64,000 bases of DNA from Octopus vulgaris (Eukaryota): positions 175,274,001-175,338,000 of the forward strand of contig OX597816.1 in the NCBI GenBank assembly GCA_951406725.2, read 5' to 3'. This document shows positions 11,622 through 25,810 of the stretch, piece after piece. The first letter of the stretch is position 1. Each line of letters starts with the position of its first letter. The position numbers and the translations under genes were made by a program. A model generated the notes under the pieces. The model had not been told where the DNA came from. It ran no database searches and was given only the letters and a program-made list of their open reading frames with translations.

Positions 11622-13527
11622 CCTGAGTGCGTGTAAGTGAGTTTATATTTGCCTTTTTTTTTTTATAGTTGGTTGTAAACAGCGGCTAAACTAATGGCGT
11701 CATTTAGTTGCAGTCCTGTATAATAGCATGTCCAAGTTGTTTGTTGTTTAATAGAATTGGAGATTATTATTTAACTTGGAAATAGGTGATGGCTGGTGAC
11801 AAAAAGGACATCTGGCCATAGAAAACTCTGCCCTAATACTCACTTCTTTGATCCATGCAAGCATGAAAAAGTAGGCATTTGATATATATATTATATTGCA
11901 TAATTAAAAGAAAAATTACACCGCATTCCTCAGTTGGATTTCACTTGTGCTAATGTCATGTAAGGGGCACCGAGTACATTGTAAAGTAGTTGGCTTTAGG
12001 AAGGGCATCCAACCATAGAAACCTTGCTAAAGTGTAAGTCAAATTCTTTATTATCCATGAGGTTGAGAAAAAGAGGGGACGATACAAGGACAGACAAAAC
12101 AAACATTGGGGCCAGGGTATCGAATGAGACGAAGCGTATGAATAAACAAACAATTAAAATATATACAGTTAAATGAGAATGAGTGAATAACAAAAAATGA
12201 AGCGGAGGACGCGGTTGACCCCACAAACCACATACTCACACTGAAGACTTTGCTTTCTCCTTTTTCACATTCTTGATTAAACAGGTTCTTTCACTCGCAA
12301 CATACTTGCTATAGACTTCCATCTTTTACGAAACACACTTTGCGACAGGCATTTCTTCTCCAGCCTTATTTTCCGTTTCATGTGGGAAACGAAAAAGTCG
12401 ATTAACTCGAGACTGGAGATGAACATTCCTGTTGCAATTCTTTTCACTCTCATCTTCCATGCTACCTCTTTCGCATTGGCTCCTGTCAAACCATCCAACC
12501 CATGCCAGCATGGCACATGTAAGTTAAACAATGACAACCACAATGGTGGTGGTGGTGATGATGATGATGCAATGCATGTTAGAGATGAAATATCTTTTCC
12601 TAGTATTTCATTGCCCAAAACTAATGATGCACATTAATATATGAGTGTTTATTATGTAGAATAAATACAGTAATTGGAAATATACTTAGGGATTGAAGTA
12701 TTTTAATGCCTAGTTTTATTATCATCGGAATAAAACTTCTGCTTTCTATGCTGGCATGGGTTAGATAGTCATTATTGTGCTTCTAGATGAGTCTGAACAC
12801 TGCATCTCACTTGTAAGTTTAATTTTTGATTCAGTTTTTATGGTTGGATGCCAACACCAACATCTTTACAGAGTACTAGGTGCTTTTAACAGAGTTCACA
12901 GTAGTGGTAAGAGGGGGTGGATATTATCAATGTATTAACATTGGAGAGGATAGGGGTGATGGCAAAAGGTCAATGAATGGTAAGGACAAATAATCTGTAC
13001 CAAATGGCTAGGTGGGGAGTATAAGTAGAGTGTGTGAGATACATACCTGGTGAAGGCCCTTAAAGCATATGTCTCAAGAGAGGTGGGTGGGGTGTTGGTG
13101 AGAAGGTCAGACAGGTGCAGTGACATTCTTAGGTGCACTGGAAGCTCAGTATGATGAACAGAGGAGATCCTTCTGAGTGGACATTAATTATGTTTTCTCG
13201 GGATGTGGTGATTGCATGGGTTTCCTCTAAACATAAATTTGACACCCGCGATGTTCTGTTATATGGTGCAGCATTTTATATTATCTACCAGTGAGTTGTA
13301 TGCTCCACTCCAGTCTGTTTGAGACTACCCTTAGTCACACTGGCAGCCTGGTGGAGTGAGATTTAAAAGTGGAAGGTGGGAGGGAGAGATGAACAATAGG
13401 GACATGAGTATGAGAGATGAGGGTATGGATGAGTGATAAAAGTATGTGATGAGTGGGATATATGAAAGATTGGTGAGCACTAAGATACTTGTTTGAGAAA
13501 TAAGATTGCATCAAAGAAGTTAATAAC

Positions 13528-13572
<45 letters not shown>

Positions 13573-13619
13573 CGTAGTGATACGTGGCTGCATATGCATA
13601 CATAGGTACACACTAACAA

Positions 13620-13975
13620 TTTTAGTGTCCATTTTACCAAGCTTGGATGGACAAACCAGTCTTTTCCTATTCAGCATGTCATCTCCTTCAGATCCATCTT
13701 CACCACTTCTTCCCAAATCCTTCTTGATCTCTCTCTTCTATGAGTACCATTCATTTTGGGTACCTAGCACACCTTTATACACCTATCATCCTCCAGTACA
13801 CATCACATACTCATACGCATGCACTCCTCCCTCTACGTCTGATTCCTCTTATGTTCAATTTTTCATGCACAGTATTATTACACATCTAGCAAAGCATAAT
13901 CATGAAGTGGTCATAATTCCTAGTCTTTCTACTCTCTAAATCTGCATTCAAGGCCAAATTTCACTCCCATGTATG
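13620..13975 (-). mobile_element. Old RTE LINE 3' fragment
   Basis: Minus strand catgggagtgaaatttggccttg (HGSEIWP) and a degenerate RTE C-terminus. Confidence 0.5.
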
Positions 13976-14679
13976 AAAAAAAATATTCATTTTTATGTTG
14001 TGAATGTGTATATTTACAAATGTGTGTTTGTATGTATGTATATAGATAGCATCATGATTTTTTTACATACACTTTTCCATACTAGCATGAGTTTAACAGA
14101 TCATCACAGGTGAAGACAGTTCTTATTTATAGTTGCTATCATCCTTGATGGAGAAGTGGGGACCTTGTCTTGCTTGCTCATTCCTTTTTCTTTTTCTTTT
14201 TTTCTTCTTCAAAATGTACTTGGTAAATTTTATTTTATTGTGGCATCACAACTTGAGGTTTTGTCCCCACCAACACTAGAGTCCTCTCTTCCCTATATTG
14301 TCTCTGTCACAGTACCAGAGAGTTGTCTTGTCCTCACCATATTGAGAATCCACCTCAAAGTGTTGTGTTTGTATCGTTGTTCTTTCCTTTCTCACTCAAC
14401 TACTGAGTACAAAGAGAACCTTTCAGTCCATGTCACTTATAGTTTCAAAGATATTCATAGTAGTTGAATACCTATCATCAAGCATATTTGATTCATGCCA
14501 CCTGTTTTACTTAACAAAATTATTTGTTTGGAGCCCAAAAAGCAGGGCTATTTGAAGTGAATTCAGAAGAACAATTGGCAATAGCAGAGGTAAACAAAGG
14601 CAAGAGCAGATGAGGAGTGGTAATTGAGGTGTGCTCCAGGGGAGAGGGGTTGCTAGCTGTCAGTGCAACAAGAAGTTAA

Positions 14680-14886
14680 CCCTTTCGATACCAACCCTGG
14701 CTCTGTAGTATAAATGTCTTGTTTTCATAAGTTTTGAATTGAAATCTTCCACCAAACCTTAGTCACAATTTATGTTCCTAACACCAGCTTAAGGATAACT
14801 AAGTCATTTTACTAAATTCTTTGTTATATTTAAAATCAATTGAAAGAAACAGAGAGCATCTCAGCAGAAATATGGTAACGAAAGGG
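14680..14886. mobile_element. piggyBac-like MITE (207 bp)
   Basis: TTAA|CCCTTTCGATACCA...TGGTAACGAAAGGG|TTAA: 14-bp TIR with 1 mismatch and TTAA TSD. Confidence 0.9.
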
Positions 14887-16352
14887 TTAAAGTGTATTTA
14901 GTAGGAGAAAGACAGTGGACACCTTTATATAAGCCAAGTAAAAGGTGAAGGAACAAAGTGATAAGGTTAATGCAATCAACACATGCTGAGGAGATGGAGA
15001 TAGAAGGTTTTGAGTGATTAAGGATGAGGAGATTTAAGGTGAAGGATGAAGGAGTTGCAAATGTTGTGTACAATGTTTGAGAGTCTGTCTGTCTTCAGCC
15101 GTGAGGATGCTTCTGGGTTGATCCTCGATCTGCTTGTCATATCTCAGTCTACCATCTCAACAATGATGTACATCTTGAATGATCTGAATATGGTTCTAGA
15201 TGCAGTGTCTGAAAATAAGAAAAGATGGTCATATGATGCCCCACCCACCAACATAACAGTATTTTTATATTTCAACAAATGTAATAATGTCAAACTTATT
15301 AGAAGCTCATCAGTCAAACATAGATTTCACCATTTTTGCAAATGAAAGAATCACTGAGTTAATGGACAAGAGAGTATATAGGCTAGCAGAGTGAAATATA
15401 TAATTTTATGGCAACTCAGAGGCACCATCTGCATGCATATCAATTGTTAAGTTGGTATTTGATAAAGGAAACATTTGAAAGTTATTTTTGAATCTTTTGA
15501 ACTGAAGACCAGTTTATTTCTTTTTTTTTTTTATGGCTGTTGTAGTTGGATGTCCTTTTAACCAATACTCAGCAATGAGAAAGCTGCTGGAAATAACAGT
15601 CAAATCTCCTGTACTCTCAGCACTCTGGAAGGACAACTTGTTTAATGCTGTCCATGGTCATGTCTAAAATACTTTCATCACACATTTGTTTGCTTGAGGC
15701 TAAACAACAATCCGTTTGGAAGCAAACACATGATGGGCACAATGTTTAAGAAGTTTGTCTTGAGAAAGGCCAGGAGATTTTAGCAGTTTGAACAGAGTCA
15801 AAGCAGACCATCATTCGTCAGAGAAGCAGACCATCATTAAATTTCTTCATGTTTCACTTTGAAGGGAGAATGGTTCTGTGCCTCTCCCATAGATATATAA
15901 CACAATGGCTGTTTTTAAGATTTCAATTTATGTTCCTGTGATGCATCATCTGAGACATTTTGGTGCATTGTTGAAAATGGAAGATAATTATTCTCATTAA
16001 ACAGTCTACATTTGTTTTACCAGACTAATATGAATTAGTTATTTCTGTAAATTTCAGACACATGCACCAAGACACTTTCTTTTCAGAAGCCAGCCTAGCT
16101 TCCTGGTGATGTTTTGATGGTTCAGTAGTATTTTTTTTTTAATGTGAAAGACTGTACAATGTATCTAGACATTTAAATGTATGTACGTGCTTGTGTATTT
16201 TGTTTTGGAAGGTAATTAAATCTGTATAGTTATAGAATTTTGTATATTTAGCTATAAAAAAATATTCTAAAAAGCATTTTTATTGAAACTTTATTGCTGC
16301 AAATTATATTTTCGGACATTTTGGTTTGAATAGTTGCTTCTATTATTTACTT

Positions 16353-16790
16353 GAAGGTGGCAAGCTGCAGAATTGTTAGAATGTGAACAAAATGCTGAGT
16401 GGCATTTGGTCCATTTTTCTGATGTTAATTCATATTCAGCTTAGCCTTTCATCCTTTTGGGGTTAATGAAATAATTATCTGTTGAGTAATGGGGTCAGTG
16501 TAATCAACTAACCCCATCTTCCAAAATTTCAGGTCTGTACCTATAGTGGAAAGGATTATTGTTGTTATTATTATTTTTATTAAGGACGATGGTTTGACAG
16601 AATCATTAGGGTGTTAGAAGAAATTCCTCTCAGTATTTCAGCTGAATCTGTACATTCTAAGTTCAAATCATTTTTTGGGGGTTGACAAAATAATGTGCCG
16701 GTCAAGTACTGGGATCAATTTAATTAGCTAAGCTCCTTTTCTCAAAAATTGCTAGCCTTTTGCCTAAACTAGAAACAATTATTTTTATTT
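16353..16790 (+). mobile_element. Two tandem family B (Deu/Nin-like) SINEs
   Basis: aaggtggcaagctgcagaattgttag...gcctttcatccttttgggg. Further copies ~23260-23480, 37370-37550, 48644-48862. Confidence 0.7.
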
Positions 16791-16827
16791 ACTTTTAAAT
16801 GTTTTCTATTTCTTTTTCTTATTGCAG

Positions 16828-17267
16828 CCAAAAGTCAAGCCGAGGGCTGTGTGATAAGCATTGACAAACAGTTTATGGTTCCTGTGAAAGGGGCCATCAC
16901 ACTATCTACAATGGACTTCACAAAGGGCCACACCCAAAGCAAAATAATTGAAATGCTCAACGGACGTAAGGCAGACATCATTCTCAGCGACATGGCCCCG
17001 AATACTACAGGAATCCGTTCAATGGACCATGATCTTATTATAGAACTTTGTTTTTCTGTTCTCGAATTCTCTCACAGCGTTCTCCAGCAGGATGGTGCAC
17101 TCCTCTGCAAACTGTGGCAAGGCCATGAACAAAAGGAATTGGAGAAACGGTTGGGTGAAGTTTTTCAGACTGTTAAAATTGTCAAACCCCAAGCTAGTAG
17201 GGGAGATTCAGCAGAAATATTTCTGCTTGGAAAAGGCTATTCACCAAATAAGACACATATTCGGTGA
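16828..17267 (+). CDS. MRM2: rRNA methyltransferase 2, mitochondrial (FtsJ/RlmE family), terminal coding exon
   Basis: Polypyrimidine tract plus ttgcag acceptor (phase 1). VISID...DIILSDMAPNTTG..DHD...LLCKLWQG...VKPQASRGDSAEIFLL carries the D-K-E of the FtsJ K-D-K-E tetrad. Stop TGA 17265-17267; AATAAA at 17382. Confidence 0.93.
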
Positions 17268-17780
17268 AGGAAGAAATATTTAACACTCACATGCACACGC
17301 ACACAGACACACACACACACACACACATGTATACATATCTGTTTCTCCCACTAAAAACAGGATTGATAACAAATTTTTTTTAATAAAATTTTTTAAAAAA
17401 TTAAAACAACATGCATAAGAGTTTTAAAAAGTAAAAAAAATACAATTTTTTTTTTAAATTTAAAAGTTATAAAAAAAAATGAAGGAAATTTTAAGATTTG
17501 AAAAAAAGGGGGAAAATATATAAATATTTAATTACAAAGCTGAAAATAAAGAAGAAAAAAAACGTATTTTTAATGTTCCTTTAACATATTGTAGAGGCAA
17601 AGGCTGGGAGTGAAAAGAGGGTTAAGAAATAGAAAACTGCTGCTACAGACACCATTTGACTTGTCAGTACTCCTATTGTATTTGTACATTGATACTCTTT
17701 GTCAATATTGCTAAACAGCTTGAGGGAAATAAACAAAGCTATGACCAAGCTGCTGTGTTTTCAAATACTTTTTCTTATAC

Positions 17781-17783
<3 letters not shown>

Positions 17784-17844
<61 letters not shown>
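17784..17844. repeat. (CT)n microsatellite
   Basis: Directly visible. Confidence 0.95.
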
Positions 17845-17848
<4 letters not shown>

Positions 17849-18263
17849 TCTTTCCACTTCCTCTGTTAATCATTTCTCTACTGCACACTTTTCCTCTTTC
17901 TTTCCTTCTCTTGTTCCACTGCCCAACTGAAAGTAGTGCTCCAGTATGGTCTTGTCAAATTCTAAAAGTTTTTTCCTTATCAGAATTATATCTGAGTTTA
18001 AAATTAAATAGATTATTTGGTGAAGGAGACTGAAGAATGCTTGGAATGGAATGATCTCGATTGATCTGCAAATTCAGGCGGGGAAGTAGCTCTTGAATTG
18101 AATTCATTCAAAAGAATAAAGGGTTTTGTTTTTTTTTAATCTCTTGAAGAGGAATAGTACTAATGACCCTTTTCAGGGCCACCAAGACGGTTATAGAAAA
18201 GGAGAAAATTATCCTCAAGCCAAAACCCTAGCCCAAATGCTTGCACCTTGGATTCCACTAAAG

Positions 18264-18886
18264 CAGTGATTCTCAGCCAAGTCTAAGATTTTACTGTTAA
18301 AATTTATGTACAATAGTTGCTTATACTTCCACAACATACTCTCTTTACTCTTTTACTTGTTTCTGTCATTTGACTGTGGCTATGCTGGAGCACTGCCTTT
18401 AGTCGAGCAAATCGACCCCAGGACTTATTCTTTGTAAGCCTAGTACTTATTCTATTGGGCTCTTTTGCCGAGCCGCTAAGTTACGGGGACGTAAACACAC
18501 CATTGGTTGCCAAGCGATGTTGGGGGAACAAACATATACACACATACATATATATATACATATATACGACGGGATTCTTTCAGTTTCCGTCTACCAAATC
18601 CACTCACAAGGTTTTGGTCGGCCCGAGGCTATAGTAGACGACACTTGCCCAAGGTGCCACGCAGTGGGACTGAACCCGGAACCATGTGGTTCATAAGCAA
18701 GCTACTTACCACACAGCCACTCGTACACGTTCAATTTTTCATTTTTTATGCAATTCCTTATATTTAATTATGAAAACATAATAGGATTTTTTTTTATTTG
18801 CATCAAATGGCTATGGAGGTCCTGTAGAGTAAAATAGGAATGAATCAAATTGGCAAAAGATTTTTAAAAATAGTTGAGAAACACTC
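18264..18886. mobile_element. hAT (Charlie/Buster-like) MITE carrying a family A SINE
   Basis: 8-bp TSD CACTAAAG (18256-18263, 18887-18894); TIR CAGTGATTCTCAGC / GTTGAGAAACACTC. Confidence 0.8.
18337..18723 (-). mobile_element. Family A SINE, near full length
   Basis: Reverse complement of the family A consensus, including the gagtaaa tail. Confidence 0.9.
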
Positions 18887-20081
18887 CACTAAAGAAACCA
18901 GTTGACAGTTGAAATCTGCCACTCAAGAACGGGATCAGTTCCTCTGACAGTGTTCTACACAATATCTATCCACTAAATCTGACAAATATTTGGTCGAATC
19001 AGTATTAAAAGCTAAACGTTTGCTTATTCCATACTTAATTGAAACTAGAATTTACAGATGTAAAAGTGATAGGGTGACAGTCATCTCATTTGTGTTAATC
19101 TATTTCGAAAAGCTCATTCTCATGTGAAAACTGAATACAAGAACAGAAATACGTTATAATGAGGTTCTTTTTTTCTTTCTTTCTTTACTGTTTTACTTTT
19201 TTCCATCTTAGTATGGTTGGGGAAGAGTCTTTTAGGGACTAATTCTTCCTGCTAAAACGTGATAAAATGAAAACAGATCTCGCACAAATTAAAGGTGCAA
19301 GCAGAGTTATGTCCCTTGTTCAGAGTGGCAAACTGGATTTTTTGCTTTCACCTTTAGGACCAGCACAGCTTTTTAAACTCATAGCCATTGTGTTTTGTAT
19401 ATTTTAGTTAGAAAAGTTCATAAGTCCAATAACAGCATTAGAATTTTCATTTTGACACCTTTGAGATGATGTTATCTCATTTGATTCGATAAACAGCTAT
19501 AATATAGGCCCAGACAAGACTGGTTAAAAAAACTTGCTTTGCAACTAAAAGGCACCAAGTTCAGTTCCTCTGTACAACACTTTGAACCAATGTCTTCTCT
19601 AGCTCAGGACTTGTGAGTAAATTTGGCAGACGGAAACTATGAAGAAGCCTGTTATAATTACACATGTGTGTCTTTGTGTTGGTTTATGTCCCCCATAATG
19701 GAATAAATACCAGACTTGAAAGAATAAGTATTGGTGGTCGGTTTGTTTGATTGAAACTCTACATGGTGCTGCTCCAGTATGGCCACAGTCCAATGACTAA
19801 AACTAATAAAAGACATTGAACACAATGGCTTGCAATATTTATTATTTAGCTCCTGGACAAGAAACACACCTCTACTTCACCTGGCTGACAATAGGTTCTA
19901 TTTTTACCTCTCAACTGAATGGTTAGCAGCAGAAATGGCATCCAGCCATATCAATAATTGCTTGAACAATTTGTGTATTCTTCAGAGTTATTCCACCCAC
20001 CATATTGGCATGAAAACATGTGAGGCAAGAGCTAAAAGTATCTCATTAAAATAATTGATGGTAAACGTTGAAATTATGTGA

Positions 20082-20460
20082 AGGAAGGAATTTGGCTGTG
20101 TGGTAAGTAGCTTGCTTACAAACCACATGGTTCTGGGTTCAGTCCCACTGCATGGCACCTTGGGCAAGTGTCTTCTACTATAGCCTCAGGCCAACCAAAG
20201 CCTTGTGAGTGGATTTGGTAGGCGGAAACTGAAAGAAGCTTGTATATATGTATGTTTGCGTGTCTGTGTTTGTACCCCCAACATCGCTTGGCAACCAATG
20301 GTGTGTTTACATCCACGTAACTTAGCGGTTTGGCAAAAGAGACCGATAGAATAAGTACTAGGCTTACAAAGAATAAGTCATGGGGGCGATTTGCACGACT
20401 AAAGGCGGTGCTCCAGCATGGCCTCAGTCAAATGACTGAAACAAGTAAAAGAGTAAAGAG
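20082..20460 (+). mobile_element. Family A SINE
   Basis: A box tggctgtgtggtaag, B box ggttcagtccc, CORE-like ccttgggcaagt, gagtaaagag tail. An older copy lies at ~19505-19815. Confidence 0.9.
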
Positions 20461-21024
20461 TATATCTAAACTACATTATCCAGCATATCCTTTCTTTTTA
20501 AGATAATAAGGTATGAATTTAGTGAGATTTGGCAGCTGTTTCTAACAAATCAACAGACCATGTAATGAGACTCTCATAATTGCTTGCACACAAGAATAAG
20601 CAGAGCATACATCCTGTTGCACTTTATTGGAGTCGTAACAATTTACTGCAGGAAATGGGCATGATTAAAAAAAAGTTCTCAAATTGTGAACACATTGAAA
20701 ATGACTGCAAGGGAAGAGACAGCTAGATCTGGAGATTTTCAACTGAACTAATAGCACTTAAGATGATTATCATACAGATGTATATTTGCAATTTAAACCT
20801 AACAAACCAACAAGAGGGCTTCTACATGGTCACTTGACTTGCTAGAAATAGCAACCAAATTATCCTCAGATTATACCCAACTGCCTTAACAAAGAAAGAA
20901 CATATAACATAAGGTAACCATAGAAATAATATGCCTGAAAAAAAAAAGAGTGGATAGTCATAGAATGCCCTTGACCATAAATCTGCACACCCAAGGTTGA
21001 TTTGGAAGTAAACAACAAACAAGC

Positions 21025-21026
<2 letters not shown>

Positions 21027-21062
<36 letters not shown>

Positions 21063-21133
21063 ACATACACACATACATACATACATACATACATACATAC
21101 ATACATACATACATACATACATACATACATACA
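21027..21133. repeat. (CA)n/(CATA)n microsatellite
   Basis: Directly visible. Confidence 0.95.
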
Positions 21134-21540
21134 TAGCATGAAGTCAGGAAGTATGAGAAGTAGAGACAGATTTATTTTTCCACATGATTTTCAGATGCTT
21201 ACAGCTGTTTCATAACCTTCTACATGTACTATTAATTTCAGTGTACAAAAGTTATACACACATGTTTGCATCAATATGCAGCATTATACAGTATAATTGT
21301 ATATTCACAAATTAATGTAAATAAAGGAAGCTAACCCATAAGATCACCAGAATCTACGGCCATGCTGCAGCACTACCTTGAAGGAATTTAGTCAGATAGA
21401 TCAACTGCAGTACTTATTTTTTGTCCTTAAGCTTGGTTCTTATTCTGTCAGAGTCACAGGGACATAAACAAACTAACACCAATTGTTAAAACAGTGGTGA
21501 GGGAGGGGTGGCAAGCATAATACAGAAACATACACATATA

Positions 21541-21894
21541 TGATGATGATGATGATGATGAGACCCCCTTCGGTCATGAATGACCATGGGATTGCACCTA
21601 GAAAGTTACCCTCCCAGGCACAAGTCTGGGCAAGGTTTATGGAAGGCCGGTAGTCGCCCGTGCATACTGGCCTCCCCTCTCCACGCCACCAGTGTCATCC
21701 AAGGGAAAGGCAAAGGGGCCGATACAGCTTGGCATCTGTGACGTTGCAACTCATTTCTACAGCTGAGTGAACTGGAGCAACGTGAAATAAAGTGTCTTGC
21801 TCAAGAACACAACACGCAGCCCGGTCCCAGATTCGAACTCACAACCTCACGATCGTAAGCTCAACCCTCTAACCACTGAGCCATGCGCCTTCAC
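21541..21894 (-). mobile_element. tRNA-derived SINE, family C, with (CAT)n tail
   Basis: Minus strand gtgaaggcgcatggctcagtggttagag...gagttcgaatc...ttcttgagcaagacacttt...cactcagctgtagaaatgagt. Related copies ~29239-29490 (+), 53252-53540 (+), 28870-29000 (-). Confidence 0.85.
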
Positions 21895-23939
21895 TATACA
21901 TGCATAGACACATGGATATATATTTATATACATGAACAGGTATCTTCTGTCGAACTGGAGAATACCACCCACTCCAATATGAATTACTCTCTTGCAGACC
22001 ATGACATATTTTCTCTTATTTTGTGTAGACACCTGTTGTATTAATTGTGGTTTTTGCGACCAGGGAGGACAGGGGGGGTCTTAGTTTTCTCACCTTCATT
22101 TCTTTGTTTTTGTCCCATCTTTTGCTTCAAACTTCTTTGTGTTTTTATTCTTGTCTTTTTTTCTTATTTTCTTACTGTCCAGCTTCCTTGTTTTTTAAAT
22201 ATATTTAGAGAGATATAATGCGTGAACAGAGCCTGAAAGATGGCTAGGATATATGTGGTGTATTTTATTGTATCATAAAAGCATGAACCTATTTCTAACT
22301 CTTTCAGTTGTGTATTAAATTGATACATACGACGGGCTTCTTTCAGTTTCCATCTGCCAAATTGACTGAAAAGGCTTCAGCTGGCCTGGGGCTATATTAG
22401 AAGACAGCCTAAGTACCATGTAGTAGCACTGGATCTGGAACCATGTGCTTGGGAAGCGCACTTTTTGCCACACAGCCATGTCAGTGCCTATACGTTTGTA
22501 CATATCACTTCATTCACAGCCACACGTGCTCCTTCATCCTTCATCTCAGAACTGAATGATAAACTGCCTTTCTACATCTGTGAATGTAGCCATGTAAACC
22601 CATCTCATCTTCGGCTTTCTTCCTCACAACTCCATTTCTTCTTCCACTGCCAAGACCAACACTTATCACTAACAGTCTTATCTAAAACACCATTTCATAA
22701 TTGTGTTCTGTTCTGTCATCGTTAAGCTTTTTGTTGTAAACACACTAAATACTTCTGGTAACTCATAATATCTCAGTTATTACTTAGTCTTGTAATTGCA
22801 TATTTTTCCTGGCTATCAGTGAAGTAGTGTACTTTAGTACAGTATAATGGCAATAGCAAAGCTTAAACACTTAGCTCTTTGGTCAATGGCCTAGGAACCA
22901 TAATTAAGAGGTTGGCTTCAGGAACTGTATGCCTACATGTGGAAATGCTTGCTTCCTGACTTCATTTTTTGACCCAGCCAACATATGATACTTGATGAAG
23001 GACAATGCTCAAAATGTTAGATTTTACACTTTTTGCACAAATGGAGCTTGCCAATTTTTTTCTGTGAACCTTGGTAAGTTTTAATGCATTTAATGTAGAA
23101 AGCTTTTAAAAGTTAACTATAAATAATTATGTAGTGAGTCAGGTGGACAGATAGTTGAGATCATGTTAACATATTTAATATAGAAAGCTTTTAAAAGCTA
23201 ACTATGAATAATTATGTGATGTGAGAAAAACCAATATAGTTAACGTATTTAGGATTGTAAGGAGATGAGCTAGAAGAACTGTTAGCAAGCCAGGAAATGT
23301 GCTGATCAGCATTTTGTCCATCTTTATGTTCTGAGTTCAGATTTAGCCAAGGTCAACTTAGCTTTTCATCCTTTTGAGATCAATAAAATAAGTACAAGTT
23401 GAACACTGGGGGGTCAATTTACTTGACTCTGTCTCACCCCCAAAATCTGCTGGCCTTGTGCCAAAACTTGAAACCAATATAGTCAGGACTGTACTATTCA
23501 CTGTGCCCATCTCTTTTTAAGATAGTAAGGTGTGATTTTAGGGAGATTTGGCAGTTGTTCATAGCAGGTCAAGTACCTATGCTCCCTTGTTGGCTTCATC
23601 AAATATTTGTCTCTTTCCTTTGTCGATTTCTAAGTTTTTCACCTTCATACCATCAGATACTTGCATTGATCTCGTATTCAATCAAGCAAAAACTTTCTTG
23701 ATTTAAATCCTTTATGAATAAAAAGCAACAACAAAAAATCAAATATTCTTTGATTTTTTTATAGTACTTTTAACTTTTTTATCAGCCTTCATCTTAAAAT
23801 AGCACTTTTTCTTTGACTATAAATCATTACATTTAAATGGATAGCAAGGTTTACGATATTGGGAGAATATTGCCTTCTATTATCTCTTATTGTTCTTTGT
23901 GTAGTTCAGGTGAAGAGAGAAGACTTCAAGTGCAAATGT

Positions 23940-24690
23940 AATTTACAGGGTTCACAGGATAGGTGAAGGGTGCTGCTCTCAGCAACCATCTTTAGCTGTG
24001 TGCATTGTGTAGAAGCTCCGTTAGTGCAGGCGCATTGCCTCTGGAGGTACAACATGCAGACAGGCCCAGCCAATGCTGCTGCTAAGAGGCAGAAAGAAAA
24101 GGCAGAATCTCAGAAAGCATGGAAGTTTTGAAGGATGCAGTGCTCTGACAACTAACAACTGATGCTGGCAGTTTGTTCCATGTTTCAGCAACTCTTAGCG
24201 TGAAAAAATGTTTCTGAAAGTCATGGGAGCTGTGCTGTTTTCTGAGTTTGTAAAAATGTCCACTAGTGTTAGACAGGTGGAGTTTGTAAAGGTGCTCAGA
24301 GTTATTGTTTGTAAGATGGTTAATAATTTTATGGGTGTCTGCCAGGTCAGTTGCCAGATGTCAGCATTTCAATGTATCCATTCCCAGGGAAGTAAGGCAT
24401 TCAAAATATGGCAAATGCCTGATGGAGGGTATTCTATTGGTTGCACATCGCTGAACGACTTCCAGACGATTAATATCCTGGGCAAGATAGGGGTTCCAGA
24501 CCGATGATGCAAATCCCAGGTGAGGCTGCACCATAGCTATAGAAAGTCTCAGATAGATAGCCAGAGAGCAGCTCACAAAGGACTTGGTAAGTGATGCCAA
24601 GACACCCTCAGCCTTCTTGGCAATTTTAGCAATGTGTTTTGTCCAACGCAAATCACTGTCAACAATAACGCCCAGGTCACGTTCACATTT
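23940..24690 (-). mobile_element. 5'-truncated CR1/L2-group LINE (RT C-terminus and 3' UTR)
   Basis: LGVIVDSDLRWTKHIAKIAKKAEGVL...MVQPHLGFASSVWNPYLAQDINRLEVVQRCATNRIP is a typical CR1-type RT tail. Confidence 0.88.
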
Positions 24691-25540
24691 TCCTTCATCA
24701 TTTCCACTCAGTCACCCATGGACTTTCCTTATTTTTCAATTCCCCTCTCTATAAAAGATGTGTGTTTCCCTTCCTTTTCCCACTGCCTCAGCCTCTTCTC
24801 TTCATTTCCTAACGTCTCACTGCCCCATATACTTTGCTACTCTACACGAATTCCTCCCCTCTCCTCTCCTCTCTCTCTCTCCCTCTCTCCCTCTCTCCCT
24901 ACATCTATTATTTCATTATGTCACTCTTCTAATTACTCCTTCTTTCAGTTTTCCACCTCTTCTCTCTTACTCTATTATTTACAGGTACTTGAGATAGTCC
25001 CCTTCTAATAATAACAACAACAACAACAATACTGTGTAATATGGTTTTTGTCCCTGGGTACCAACTGTTATTTCCTGTTTACTTACCCTTAGAAAGTATG
25101 AAAAATAGCTAATATTTCCTTCAAATTTTGCTTTATTCAAGCCCCAAAGAATTCCTCTCAACACACGGCTATGATGCTCCCCCACTGCTTCTGCTTGTGG
25201 TCAGAGATGCACATATCGTCAGCCACTAAAGGACATGCTCAACTAGTTAAGGTCAAGCAACTGACACGCAAATCCGTGGTATTGAGCAGAATATTTGCTA
25301 TAACGATATTTCTGCTTCAGCAATTCAGTGCTGGATCTGAAATGTAATGGAAAACAGATCAGTTTCAAGACATTGATGTGCAGGTCACAAGAGCCAAGTC
25401 TGAATGGAATGGTAGTCATTTCCATTGGTTTCTAGATAGAAGCAAATAGGAAGTAGTACTAACTGGTCAAAGACAAAAAAATAAATTTTGTTACAAAGTG
25501 TAATAAGGATAATGATGTAATAATGGATGTAATAAAGGAT

Positions 25541-25810
25541 CATCATCATCATCATCATCATTGTTTAACGTCCGTTTTCCGCACTAGCACAGGCTGGACG
25601 GTTCGACTGGGGTCTGGGAAGCCAGGTGGCTGCACCAGGCTCCAGTCTGATCTGGCAATGTTTCTACAGCTGAATGCCCTTCCTAACGCCAACCACTCCG
25701 CGAGTGTAGTGGGTGCTTTTTACGTGCCACCTGCACAGGTGCCAGGTGGGGTCCGGCATCGGTCATGATCGGTTGGTGCTTTTAACGTGCCACCGGCACT
25801 GGAGCCAGTC
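25541..25810 (-). mobile_element. RTE LINE 3' end with (GAT)n tail
   Basis: Minus strand gagtggttggcgttaggaagggcattcagctgtagaaac...gcggaaaacggacgttaaac-gatgatg. Confidence 0.85.
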
